From Pachysolen tannophilus NRRL Y-2460 (taxonomy: Eukaryota), in NCBI GenBank assembly GCA_001661245.1, contig KV454013.1, forward strand, positions 776,502-840,501: a stretch of DNA of 64,000 nt, in the 5' to 3' direction. The position numbers were made by a program, and so were the translations under genes. Of this stretch, positions 25,662 through 37,201 are shown piece after piece. The stretch's first letter is position 1. Every line of letters begins with the position of its first letter. A model generated the notes under the pieces. The model was given only the letters and a program-made list of their open reading frames with translations. It made no database searches and had not been told where the DNA came from.

Positions 25662-26861
25662 CTAGCAGTAGCCAGTAAACTATAATATATTTATATAAAT
25701 ATTTATATATGATATTACCATAGTTTATAAGAATCACACACTAATAACTTGTTCTTGTTAACTAGTATGTAGGCACCTTTCCTAGACACCACCATTCAAG
25801 AGATAATCATATATATATATATATATCCTTTACAGTTTATCTTCATCTCTCTTGGTGTCCGGAAACAAGAAGCTCTTCAACGCTAAGCAAAAGAAAAAGC
25901 AAAAAAAAATTCTTTTTAAAGAGTATGTATGACGCGCAGTCTCACAAATATCAGATAGATAATCTCGGAGAAAACGGTCAAAGGGAATCAATAAGAACTC
26001 TGTCATGACAATACAAATCAGTCTGTTTGATCCAAAGCGCTTCTAATAGTATCTTAGTGTTATCTTGATGTTATCTTAGTGGTGTATAGATATCCTAGCA
26101 ACACTGGTAGGTACCCCTGGTGTCTTTTTACATTTTTGCACTTGCCGTTCGTTACGCGTATTGCAGAGAAGATAACTTTTACTTTCTTTTTATTCATTTT
26201 CTTTTGTTTTATATACCACCTCCACCAAACCGTGACCCACTTCCCTGCTTCGCCATGGTGCGCTCTGCTATTCGGACAACTTTCACATGCAATTTTTCTC
26301 TCTTTCCCCCCAAAAATTTTTCATGAAAAAACTAAGCATGTCCGGTTTTTCGCGGGCTCTGTTTTTCAACTATTTTTTTTTTCTTTTAATTTTTTTATCA
26401 ACTATCATTTCTATAACAAAGCCTTCTTTTAACACTTCTGGGTTCTAAATAATAGTTTTAAATTCTATTTTATTTTATTTTAATTTTTTTTTTTTTTTCA
26501 TTTTTTTCATTTTTTTCTTTCTTTCTTTATTTGATTTTGAAGTCGGCTTATCTTGTATTTTTAAGAAAATCGTTTTGGTGTTAAGTGATAACACACGTAT
26601 ACCCATTCACTAATACACTCTTACATATATATATTTATATATATCTATATATATATATATATATAAATATATATATATGTATGTATGTATATATTTATTG
26701 TTAATACTTTTGTACTTACTATGCATACGTTTTGACAAGTTTTGAAGAAATAAATATATTTAATAAAACTTCAAGGATTAGATACCAATAAGTTGACAAG
26801 TAATCGATACAAGACAAAGATTTTTGAAAACTTTTTTTAATTTTTCTTTTTTTTTTTTTCA

Positions 26862-26870
26862 ATGGAAAAG

Positions 26871-26905
<35 letters not shown>

Positions 26906-29498
26906 GATGATGAGAAGACCAAGACGATCTAGATGCTTTATAGTAATAGCGTTGATTTTAATACTTCATACACTTTTATGGACAGTATATTCTAGTTCAT
27001 ATTCATCACTGGAGTTTTCAAATTCTTTAGATAGTATTGATTTTAAAAAAGCAAGAACTTTTCTTTCAAATTTAGTTGGTAAAAATACTGGATTTGATTA
27101 TAAATTATTAAAAAAATTATCAAAGATAGATTTACATCAACTGAAATATTGGAAATTTAATACAAAACCAGTTTCTACTGAATTAGAATATGATATTACA
27201 CAATTTTTTAATCAAAGTAATAATAAATTAAATTATGATCCAAGATTTACATATAGTTTATATTTTAATTATATTAGAGAACAATTTTTATTAAAAAATC
27301 CATATAATTTAGAAAAAGAAGATAAAAAGATATATGTTCCATTTTCATGGGCTGATTGGGTTGATTTATCAAAATTAAATCAATATATTGAATTACCAGA
27401 AGATGAAAAACCACTTTGTGATGTAGTATATGGTACACCAAAGAATAGTAAAAATAATAATAAAAATAATAAGAAAACAACTTCAGGAAAAATAAATAAT
27501 AAAAATAAAAATAAAAAAATTTCAAAAAGGTCTTCAAAACAAAAATCAGGTGCTAATATTAGACCAAAAATAGAAAATGAAAATAATGAAGAAGAAGAAG
27601 TAGTAAATAATTCTTCACCACCATCAACTTCTATTTCTAATGAAGAATCACAAAATTTAATTACTAATGAATGGTTGAAATATTGTATACCAAATGCTAA
27701 GTTAGATCCTATTTTTTTTAAAGAAAATAATTTAAAAGATTCTTCATCTTTACCAGGTTTTAACGTTGTTGATCAAGGGCCAAAATCAAATTTAGATAAA
27801 AAAGCATTAGAATCAAGATCACACTTATTAACCCATTTTAGAATTCCAAATTCAATTGTTTTCTTGGCTGAAGATGGTGGAATATATGAAGTTTACCCAA
27901 ATGAAAGAAAAAGATTAAAAGATAGTGATTTATTAGAAAAATATATGACAAATAAAGGTTATAATCTAGAAAAAGATAAAATTATTAAATTAGATCCTTT
28001 AAAAGAATATAATTATTTAAAAACAACAATTCCAAGTCAAAAACAAAATTATACATTTGATAGTTTATTAGAATCAAGTGATGAATTACAATTTCCACTT
28101 TCTCAAGATTTATTTGAATATGATTATGAAAGTATTATTGCCAATTATGAAGCAAGATTGAAAAAAGGTGAAAAATTTTCTTCAAATGAACAAAATCATT
28201 ATAATTCTTTAGTACATTCACTGTCAAGATCTGCTCAATCACTTCCAAAGTTTTTTTCTGAAGTAAAATTAATAAATGGAGTTTCTACAAAAGAAAGTGG
28301 TTCTCATTATGATTGGAGATTTTTTAATGGTTTCATAACGGAATCTAAAATTAATGAACATGATGATGTCTTAGAAAAACATAGAATTCATCTTCATAAA
28401 CTTTTAAGAACATGGTTGCAATTTACTTATCAAACCGGTATTATCACATGGATCGCACATGGTTCGTTACTTTCATGGTATTGGGATGGGATTTCTTTCC
28501 CATGGGATGCTGATATAGATGTACAAATGCCAATTATGGAATTGGATAGATTTTCTCTTAAATATAACAACTCGTTAATTGTAGAGAATGTTAATGAAGG
28601 TTTTGCCAAATATTTTGTCGATTGTGGTGGATTTATAACACATAGAGTTAAAGGTAATGGTAAAAATAATATAGATGCAAGATTCATTGATGCTGATTCA
28701 GGGCTTTATATTGATATTACTGGTTTAAGTTTAACTAATACTGCAGTATCAACAAGATATAGACCATTGTTAGATACACAAAATATTAAACAACCTATAT
28801 CTAAAAGAGAAGCTAAAGCTTTATCTGGTGGATCTGCTTCACTGCTGAAAAGTAAGCTGATGCTGAGAGATCAAAGAAGATTAAAAGAAAACATTCAATT
28901 GCAAGCGTACAACTGTCGTAATAATCATTTTTACCTTCATTCAGAGTTATCACCATTAAGAATTTCTATGATTGAAGGTTCTAAAACATTTATACCAAAT
29001 AATTTTAAAAATATTTTAAAAGCAGAATACACTAAAGGTTTAAGTACAACTACTTTTAACAAACATATATATTTGCCACAATTAAGATTATGGTTACCTT
29101 TTGAAAAATTTTATGAAATTTTGAAAAACCCAAACGAAAAATCAAAATCTAATCGTGCTACTATCACAAAAGTTTTAAGAATCATTAGAAGTATTAAAGA
29201 AGAGGATATATTGAAATTACTAGAAGATGAAGATATTTTAAAAGAATTTTATTTAACTCATGACATTACTGAATTACATCAAATTGAAATGGAATATTTG
29301 CTTGAAGGAAAACAATTGAGGAATACAAAGGGGGAAACGTATAATACTTTCAAAAATTACGCTCTTGATAATTATGAAACTATGCCTCCAATGAGAAAGG
29401 ATATTTTTATGTATTTACAAGAAGTATTACATGGACCGCAAATTCCTCTGCCAGATCAAAAGACACCTGAGATTGATAGTGAGATATCTGAAAATTAA
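26862..29498 (+). CDS. MNN4: Mannosylphosphate transfer protein, LicD/fukutin family (Mnn4/Mnn14-like), type II membrane protein
   Basis: N-terminal TM, FSWADWVDL, HYDWRFF, WIAHGSLLSWYWDG..FPWDADIDVQMP, NIDARFIDADSGLYIDITGL. Confidence 0.85.
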
Positions 29499-29837
29499 TG
29501 ATTAAAAGACAACAACAATAGAAATTTAGGACAGCAACAGAAACAGATACAGTATTTATAGAGGAAATAGGAATACAAAAAACAACAATACAAGAACCAA
29601 AATTACATAAAGTATGCATCTACAATGCCAAAATAGACTATATATCATATATTATATAAAGCTTTCTATAAATATATTTATATATTAAATTATATATATT
29701 CAATTAACATTATTAACTGGGTTTTTTTAAAACTTTTTTTTTTTTTTTGACTTTTTAAAGAAAAAAAATTACTAAGTACTAAGATATTTTTTTAATATAC
29801 AAAATATATAATAATTATTTTATCTATATATATTGGG

Positions 29838-31034
29838 ATGAATCTAAAGATAGCTTGTGTTCAACTTAATCCTGTTATAGGTAAATTTGAAGAAAATTGC
29901 AAAAGAGCTTCATTGCTTTTGGAGAAGGCTTTCCCATCAAACAGTAAAGATGTGGTTAAGCATCCAGATATTGTTGTATTACCGGAATTGGCTCTCACTG
30001 GATATAATTTTGCTAATCAAAAAGCTATTGAACCATTTTTAGAGTCAACAACTTCAGGTCCTTCAACTGATTTTGGAGTACAAATATCAAAGAGATATAA
30101 TTGTTTTACTTTGATTGGATACCCTGAGAAATCAATAATTACAACCAAATCTCAAATACAAGATACATCTAATGATTTTGAAATATATAATTCAGCTGTT
30201 TTAATTTCTCCAACAGGGTCCATATTGTTTAATTATAGGAAGAATTTTTTATATGAAACAGATGAGAAGTGGGGATGTTCTTCGAATCCTAAAGGTTTTC
30301 AAACTTTTAATTTAAATTTGAATAAAAAAGCATATGGTGATAATGGAATTGATCCAAATATTATTTCAAAAATTGTACCTGCATCTATTGGAATTTGTAT
30401 GGATTTGAATCCATATAAATTTGAAGCTCCATTCAATAAGTTGGAATTTGCAAATCATTGTCTTGAAACGGGAGCTAGGTTAATACTATGTCCCACTGCT
30501 TGGTTATCTCATGAATCTCCATCAATTAGAACAGATATTTCTGATAATGAAAAAAAAAGAATATCAAATAAATATCAATCTTATATAACTGATTCACCCG
30601 ATTCCAAAAATGAACGTTTTCAAATTGATAATAATGGCGGAAACATTGATTTTCCACAAATTAAACAAGAGATTCATCCTGATAAAAAATCATTTACTTC
30701 AGAGCAAAATTATAATATATTTAAACCTGATCATTCAGTGATAAACTATTGGATTATAAGATTTTTCCCCTTTTTAAACCATTTATACAAAAGGCAATCT
30801 CCTTTTTTAAAGCCAACTGTGGTTGTGATGTGCAATAGATCTGGAATAGAGAAAGACGTATTATATGGAGGATCATCAACTATTTTAAAGTTCAATAACA
30901 ATAAGCCATGTTTAAGTAAGGATGAGAATTTTGAAGACGTTGATTCTAGGAACGATAGTGTAGACGTTTTGGGATATTTAGGACAAGGAACTGAAGGTGT
31001 CTTGGTTAGAGACGTTGAATTAGAAGGTATATAG
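29838..31034 (+). CDS. NTA1: Protein N-terminal amidase (nitrilase superfamily, N-end rule)
   Basis: PDIVVLPELALTGYNF, YRKNFLYETDEKWG, IGICMDLNPYKFEAPF; E-K-C triad. Confidence 0.93.
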   Translation: MNLKIACVQLNPVIGKFEENCKRASLLLEKAFPSNSKDVVKHPDIVVLPELALTGYNFANQKAIEPFLESTTSGPSTDFGVQISKRYNCFTLIGYPEKSIITTKSQIQDTSNDFEIYNSAVLISPTGSILFNYRKNFLYETDEKWGCSSNPKGFQTFNLNLNKKAYGDNGIDPNIISKIVPASIGICMDLNPYKFEAPFNKLEFANHCLETGARLILCPTAWLSHESPSIRTDISDNEKKRISNKYQSYITDSPDSKNERFQIDNNGGNIDFPQIKQEIHPDKKSFTSEQNYNIFKPDHSVINYWIIRFFPFLNHLYKRQSPFLKPTVVVMCNRSGIEKDVLYGGSSTILKFNNNKPCLSKDENFEDVDSRNDSVDVLGYLGQGTEGVLVRDVELEGI

Positions 31035-31103
31035 AATATAATCCAAAAAAAAAGAGCAAAAAGGAAAAAAAAAAAAAAAAAAAAACGTTAACACATATAT
31101 TAA

Positions 31104-31125
31104 TTATTTATTGTTAGCATTATTA

Positions 31126-31160
<35 letters not shown>

Positions 31161-31928
31161 CTTCATTGTTATTTTTTTCCAATGTTCAATTTCCCTATAA
31201 GCTTTTTCTAATTCTTGTTTTAATTTTTCATTTGATGCTGCTAATTCACTAACAGCTTGATCTGTTATTAATTTTTCTAAAGTCCATTTTTCTATATTAC
31301 TATTTTCATTTTCTTTTAAACGTTTAATATATTCTACAGCATTTTTAATGATTTGAGATTTATTTGAATCATGAGTTGGTAATAACACTTGTAATTCTTT
31401 AATTCCTTGATTTATATTTTCTCTTCTTCTTCTTTCAACTTCTTTATGATTATTTTTACGAACTCTTTCCATATCTTCTGCTTTTGATGGAGATGATTCA
31501 GGGGATAGAGCATTTTCACGCAGTTTCTGTTGGAGATGGAGATGGTGCTGCTGATGCAGCAGCTGTTGCTGCTGCAAAACAAGATTTTGATAGTATTGTT
31601 GTTGTTGTTGTTGCTGCAGCGCCAGCTGCAGTACTTCATTTCTATTTTCCAAACTACTCTTCACACCCATTGTGGACACCACCAGCTGGTTACTATAAGG
31701 CGGTATCAGACCCGGACCCAGACTAAGCTCCAGACCCAGACTAAGACTCAGACCTGAACTACTTGTATTATTATCATTATCATTATCATCATCATCTTGA
31801 TTATGATTATGATTATGTACTTTCACTTTACCACCTGTTGAAGAATTCAGCAAATTTTTAAACTTTTTATTTGGCGCTTCTTCTGCAATTTTATCCAATT
31901 CAAGTTCCAGCACTCTTTTTCCAGACAT
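31104..31928 (-). CDS. CBF1: bHLH-zip centromere/promoter binding factor Cbf1
   Basis: RKNNHKEVERRRRENINQGIKEL...NKSQIIKNAVEYIKRLKENENSNIEKWTLEKLITDQAVSEL. ATG at 31928. Confidence 0.93.
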
Positions 31929-32166
31929 AATGGACAACAATTCAGTACAATTCAGCAACAAGATATATATGATAAATATATTTATTCTCTTTGTTTTTTA
32001 TTTGTTTTCTTTTGTTATAATAATTATATTATACTAAATAAAAGAAAACTAGGTCAGGTCAGGTGAAAATCACGCTTTTTTTTTTCTTTTTCAATTTCTT
32101 CTTCTTTTGTTTCCGGTTCTTAAAACGGGTTAATGACACGTCGCAGTTATAGACCGCTTGACAGAT

Positions 32167-32248
32167 TGGTTTCGGTTTGAGTTTGAGTTTGAGTTTGAGT
32201 TTGAGATTCGGTTTCGGTTTCGGTTTCGGTTTGGGTTTCGGTTTGGAT
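32167..32248. repeat. Compound hexamer microsatellite (GGTTTC/AGTTTG/GGTTTG)n
   Basis: About 13 tandem degenerate 6-mers upstream of CBF1. Confidence 0.85.
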
Positions 32249-32517
32249 TTTAAACATTGGAGAAAACGCGATATTAAGGAAAAAAAAAAAAAAGAACAAG
32301 GAAAAGCGCACCGCAGTTGTGCTCTATAGTTGTGCACGTACAGTTGTTGAGTTGCACTTATCTATCTATCATGCGGTCATACCGGTGGATGCGCTGAAAC
32401 TCGCATAATCGCGCCCATAATGTCCGCCTGTTCGGTGCGCACAAAACAACACTATAATGTTCTTTTGTCCTTTTTATTTTTTTTTTTTATTTTTTTTTTT
32501 TTTTTCTTTCCTGATTT

Positions 32518-32525
32518 CCGGGTAA
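32518..32525. promoter_or_regulatory. Reb1-type site CCGGGTAA
   Basis: Exact match to the S. cerevisiae Reb1 consensus, flanked by poly-T/poly-A. Confidence 0.55.
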
Positions 32526-32803
32526 AAAAACAAAAGTTTAAAAGTTTAAAAAAATTAAAAAATTTTTGTTTCTTATTTATTTCTTTTGATTTGTTTACAT
32601 TTTTCTGTAAATGGGCCACAACATTGGAAATGTGTAGCAGATCTCGAACAAAGCCCCGAAAGGACTCTAGTAAATAATAGGCTGCGAATAAAATTTTTAG
32701 CTTGTGTCAGAAGAAAAAATTAAAAAGCCACCACAGCCCTTGATCCTGTAACAAAAGTGAACTCATTACAAGAGAAACAAGAGAACAAGAGAACAAATAA
32801 CTT

Positions 32804-32861
32804 GACCCTCCTACTTTGAGCCCTACTTCGACCCTACTTTGACCCTACTTTGGTCCTACTT
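32804..32861. repeat. Degenerate 11-bp minisatellite (GACCCTACTTT) x~5
   Basis: gaccctcctactttgagccctacttcgaccctactttgaccctactttggtcctactt. Confidence 0.85.
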
Positions 32862-32972
32862 ATTTTTTTTTTTATTTATTATTTATTTGCCTGCGCCCTA
32901 CCTTGCGCCCAAACTGTTTTCGCTTTTTAAAAAATAAAGAAAAAAATTTTTTAAAAAGAGAAAAAATTGTTG

Positions 32973-32992
32973 TATTTCCTTATTAGGAAATA
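32973..32992. promoter_or_regulatory. Mcm1/MADS-box site (CArG) upstream of the SCW glucanase
   Basis: TATTTCCT-TATT-AGGAAATA: CC(A/T)6GG core within an 8-bp perfect inverted repeat. Confidence 0.7.
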
Positions 32993-33589
32993 TGAAATCT
33001 TAAAACTTACCCTTTCAAGTAATATGCGCGCTATTAGGTTTGTTTGTTTACGCTTTTCAATAAAAGTTAAAAAAAAATTCTTGCATTAAAAGGCGTCTAA
33101 GCAAAGGCCCTTGCTTTACATTAGCTTCGGTAACCTGTTGACACCTTACTCTTACTGCCCTCAACTTGTTTTCTTAATAATAAAATAAATCATTTAATTT
33201 AAAATTCAATTTCATTCATTCTTTCTTTTTTTTTCTTTTTTCCTATTCATTTAAATATTTTAATATTTGTCGGTTATTAATTTTTAAAAAATTTTTTTTT
33301 TTTTTTTTTTTAATTAATCCATCTTTTGTTTTTGCTAACTTAGTAGTTTTAAACCTGTTTGGCTATCGTTCATTCCTTTATTCAATAGAAAAAAAATAAA
33401 ATTAAGAGAATTCTTGTTGTTATTTTTTTTTCTTGATAGTCGTTAATAGGTTTTAAATATTGAGAGCGTACTTTCTTTTATAAACAAAAAAAATAAATTT
33501 TGGATAATAATTTTTTCATTCGTTGATACATAAATACTTTTTTTTCCATCAAGTTTTTCATTCAATCATTCATTCATTCATATTATAAG

Positions 33590-34744
33590 ATGCAACTTAA
33601 TCAAATTTTGAAAACTTTAGCGGCTTCGTCGTTAATTGGTTCAGTTATTGCTTCACCTATTGGTCATATTCATCATGGTCACCGTCTTGCAAAGAAAGAG
33701 GTTGTTGATTATGTTACAGAACTTGCAACTACTATGGTTACAGTTACTCTGGGTCTGGGTCTGGAAAGTTCAACTGCTACTACTGCTGTTACTACTTCTG
33801 AAGTTACTTCTGAATCATCATTCACACCTCCAACAATTTCTATTGACATTTCCTTGACCGGAACTAGCACCGGAAGTGAGACTTCCGAGACTTCTGGTTC
33901 ATCCTCGGATTTCGCATCAAGTACAAGTTCATCTTCATCATCTACTGCTTCATCTTCTGGATCATTTGATGCAGGTGCTAAAGGTATTAGTTACAGTCCA
34001 TATACTTCTTCAGGTGACTGTAAGTCACTTGATGATGTTAAAACTGACTTGGAAACTTTGACAGGTTATGAAATTATTAGAATTTATGGTGTTGATTGTT
34101 CTCAAGTTGAATATGTTCTTCAAGCAAAAGCAGATGGTCAAAAAATTTTTGCTGCTGTTTATGATTTAGATTCAATTCTGTCTGATGTTTCAACTATTGC
34201 AGGTGCTGTTGAATCTTATGGTTCATGGGATGATATCTATACAGTCTCAGTTGGTAATGAATTGGTTAACGATGGTGAAGCAACAGTTTCAGAAGTTGCT
34301 TCTTATGTTAGTACAGCTAGATCAGCTTTAACTTCAGCAGGTTATACAGGTCCAGTTGTTGCTGTTGATACTTTTATTGCAGTTATTGAAAATACTGGAT
34401 TATGTGAAATTTCAGATTATATTGCTGTTAATGCTCATCCATACTTTGATGGTGGTGTTGCAGCTTCAGGTGCTGCCACTTGGGTCTTGGAACAAATTGA
34501 AAATGTTGCGAATGCTTGTAATGATAATAAAACTGTCTTGATAACAGAAACTGGTTGGCCAACAGAAGGTGACACCAATGGTGACGCCGTTCCATCAACT
34601 GCAAACCAAGAAATTGTCATCAGTGATGTTAAATCTACTTGTGGTGATGATGTCCTTTTATTCACTGCTTACAATGATTTATGGAAAGCTGCAGGTACTT
34701 ACGGTGTTGAACAATATTGGGGTATTTACTCTAGTTCTGATTAA
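33590..34744 (+). CDS. SCW4: Secreted GH17 cell-wall glucanase/transglucosylase (Scw4/Scw10/MP65)
   Basis: Signal peptide, S/T-rich linker, KGISYSPY, IRIYGVDCSQV, VSVGNELVN, ITETGWP, YGVEQYWGI. Adjacent to CWC22 and CAB4 as in S. cerevisiae. Confidence 0.9.
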   Translation: MQLNQILKTLAASSLIGSVIASPIGHIHHGHRLAKKEVVDYVTELATTMVTVTLGLGLESSTATTAVTTSEVTSESSFTPPTISIDISLTGTSTGSETSETSGSSSDFASSTSSSSSSTASSSGSFDAGAKGISYSPYTSSGDCKSLDDVKTDLETLTGYEIIRIYGVDCSQVEYVLQAKADGQKIFAAVYDLDSILSDVSTIAGAVESYGSWDDIYTVSVGNELVNDGEATVSEVASYVSTARSALTSAGYTGPVVAVDTFIAVIENTGLCEISDYIAVNAHPYFDGGVAASGAATWVLEQIENVANACNDNKTVLITETGWPTEGDTNGDAVPSTANQEIVISDVKSTCGDDVLLFTAYNDLWKAAGTYGVEQYWGIYSSSD

Positions 34745-35179
34745 ATAAAAAAAACAAAAAAAGATATAATGTTTTTTTTAATTTTTCCATTCCTACTCTT
34801 AACAATTTATTATTATTTTATTATACCCACCATAAAAAAGAAAAAGACGAGTCTTTGTTCTTTATTCATCATTCTTGAATTACCAAAAGAAAAAAAACAA
34901 ACTAAAAGTTAAGTTCAAATTTTGTTCAAGAATGTGGAATTTTTTTTAAAAAAGCTCGCCTTTATCTTGATGATGGAGTAGACTTTTAATTAACTTTTTC
35001 TAAAACTCTATTTTATATTTTTTTCACCTTTCTTTGTTTCTTTAAATACATTTATAGCGACAGAGATATCCCATATATAAGTTTATTATTAAATTTTATT
35101 TTTTTATACCATTTTTTTTACAAATTTCTTTTCGTTAAATATACAAATTTCTTCTTTATATTACATATACAACTACTAT

Positions 35180-37048
35180 TTAATCTCTTTTAAATTTTTT
35201 TCTTTGACTCTCTTCTTCTTCTTCTTCTGCGTCGTCGTTGTTTAGCAAATGAGGAGGTAACTGAGGTGTTGGTGATTTTGAAGACGACCGACTCCTACTT
35301 CTAGAATATGAACCCGATCTTGAAACCGATCTCGATTTCGAACCCGATCTTGATCTCGAGTATGAAGGCGATCTAGTATAAGATCCAGAACCACTACCGC
35401 TATATGAACTTCCAGATCTACTACTACTAACGCTAGCTGACCTTGATCTCGATATTGACCTTCCTCTTTCTTCCTCTTCAGGAGGCAAATGAGTCAATAC
35501 TTCTCTCATACCTTCTGTTAAAACACCCAAGCCAATAGCAGTGAAAAAATTTATAGAAAATCTTAAATGTTCAGCATTTCTATTAGGAAATATACCAGAG
35601 GTATATTTCAATATATATTCTTCTGCAAATCTTTCCTTTAAGCTGTTAATACCTAATTCTTCAACTAATTCTTGAAATAAAAACTTGACAAATATTCTAG
35701 AAGCAGAATTTGTCTCTTCTTCATTAAGATGAATCACTTCTAAACACTCCCAGCCAAGTTTATCTGATGCTAACAAATGACCAAATAATTTTGCAATATT
35801 CCGCAATTGATTAGTCTCAAATCTATGGATTATTTCATAGTAAATTTTAAACTGTTGTTCAAATAATAATTCCCATTTTCTATTAACAGCGCAAAGTTTT
35901 TCTCCAATTAATCCATAATATTTTGAATAAGTCTTTTCCTGGGAACAACATTTAATAATCATATCAACTAGCTTATCTTCCTGGTTATTTCCAAATGATT
36001 TTAATTTCAATAATTTATGAACAGCTTCATCTGAATTCATGCTTGACATTATAGTGAGATAAACCGTTTTTTGATAATTTGCTAAATTAGTTTCAGTCAT
36101 ATCTTTTATAACAATTTTTTGATCTTTTTTACTTGTATCTTCTTGATCTTCAGAATTATCTTCAAATTCTTCTTCTTCAACAGACTCTTCATCTGATTCA
36201 GATTCGTCACTACCCAATATTTCTTTTTTTAAAAGTTCATATTTTAATTCATTCTCATCGTAATTTTCATCAAATTCAAAATTATTCAATGAGTCTTGAG
36301 CTTTTAAACTATCATCTAATCCAATCATATGAGTTACACGATCTTCTTCATCAACCAAATCCAATTTGGTTTCGATTATTGGATAATTTTTAAAATCGGT
36401 TTTCCTTATTTGAAACAACTCTTCCACCATATATTGAGTCCTTTTATTAACAAAACCTTCTTGTAAGATATATCTAAATTGATCAAATATACCATTGCTT
36501 GCAGTAGCACTTACCTCATGTAAAAAATTCCCCACTATTTTGATGAACTCACAGCATATTTCAACAGATTCATCAGTTGGATTACCCAATAATAAATGTA
36601 TAATTTGTAATGCTAATATCTCATGTGAAACTTCTTGATTTACAAGCTGACCCAAAAAATTCAATGTACTCTTACATAACGTCTTATCATTCCGTTTAAA
36701 ACTTCTTCTAAATTGTAATATTAATCTCGTAACCAATAATTCACCAATCTCTGGGATTTTAGAATTGATTATGGCTACTAGTGAAGCATAAGTGGAAGAG
36801 TAAGCATATGATAATACTTGGGCTTTCATAAGTGTCTTCACTAGTAAACCTTTACCTCGTATAAGGTTTAACTGGAATAATTCAACAACAACTTGTTTTA
36901 TGTTCTCAGGCGATACTTTATTTATCAACGAGTTTATCTTCTTCTTCAACTCTTCATGTTTGAACTGTTGAATTTGTTCAGGATCACTAGAATTCTTAAT
37001 CTCCTCTTCTAACTTCCTTCTAGGAACATAGACCTTCCTATCACTCAT
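35180..37048 (-). CDS. CWC22: Pre-mRNA splicing factor Cwc22 (MIF4G + MA3) with RS-rich tail
   Basis: LFQLNLIRGKGLL, YLTIMSSMNSDEAVHKLLK, CCSQEKTYSKYYG, RFSINFFTAIGLG. Confidence 0.96.
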   Translation of the reverse strand: MSDRKVYVPRRKLEEEIKNSSDPEQIQQFKHEELKKKINSLINKVSPENIKQVVVELFQLNLIRGKGLLVKTLMKAQVLSYAYSSTYASLVAIINSKIPEIGELLVTRLILQFRRSFKRNDKTLCKSTLNFLGQLVNQEVSHEILALQIIHLLLGNPTDESVEICCEFIKIVGNFLHEVSATASNGIFDQFRYILQEGFVNKRTQYMVEELFQIRKTDFKNYPIIETKLDLVDEEDRVTHMIGLDDSLKAQDSLNNFEFDENYDENELKYELLKKEILGSDESESDEESVEEEEFEDNSEDQEDTSKKDQKIVIKDMTETNLANYQKTVYLTIMSSMNSDEAVHKLLKLKSFGNNQEDKLVDMIIKCCSQEKTYSKYYGLIGEKLCAVNRKWELLFEQQFKIYYEIIHRFETNQLRNIAKLFGHLLASDKLGWECLEVIHLNEEETNSASRIFVKFLFQELVEELGINSLKERFAEEYILKYTSGIFPNRNAEHLRFSINFFTAIGLGVLTEGMREVLTHLPPEEEERGRSISRSRSASVSSSRSGSSYSGSGSGSYTRSPSYSRSRSGSKSRSVSRSGSYSRSRSRSSSKSPTPQLPPHLLNNDDAEEEEEESQRKKFKRD

Positions 37049-37201
37049 CACCGAACCGATTAAACCTCCTCAACAATTAAATAAAAAGTATGGTTTCAAT
37101 ATATATTTAAAATGATGATGATAAAAAAAATCAGAAAAAAAAAAAAAACATAGAAAAATTGTTTCTTAAATTGCAATGCAAATCTTTACAAATTACAAGA
37201 G

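Noticed and set aside
32059..32337. 92-aa ORF with KPKPKP/KLKLKL repeats
   Set aside because: Translation of a hexamer microsatellite and poly-A/T tracts in a promoter.
32804..32861. CRISPR-like array
   Set aside because: Eukaryotic sequence with 11-bp tandem units, no spacers and no cas genes.
33331..33346. Possible 5' UTR intron end (TGCTAAC-TTAG) upstream of SCW4
   Set aside because: No convincing 5' splice site upstream; cannot be supported without RNA data.
35335..35346. TCGAACC tRNA T-loop-like motifs (also near 48534)
   Set aside because: They lie inside CWC22 and GDA1 coding sequence and have no cloverleaf context.
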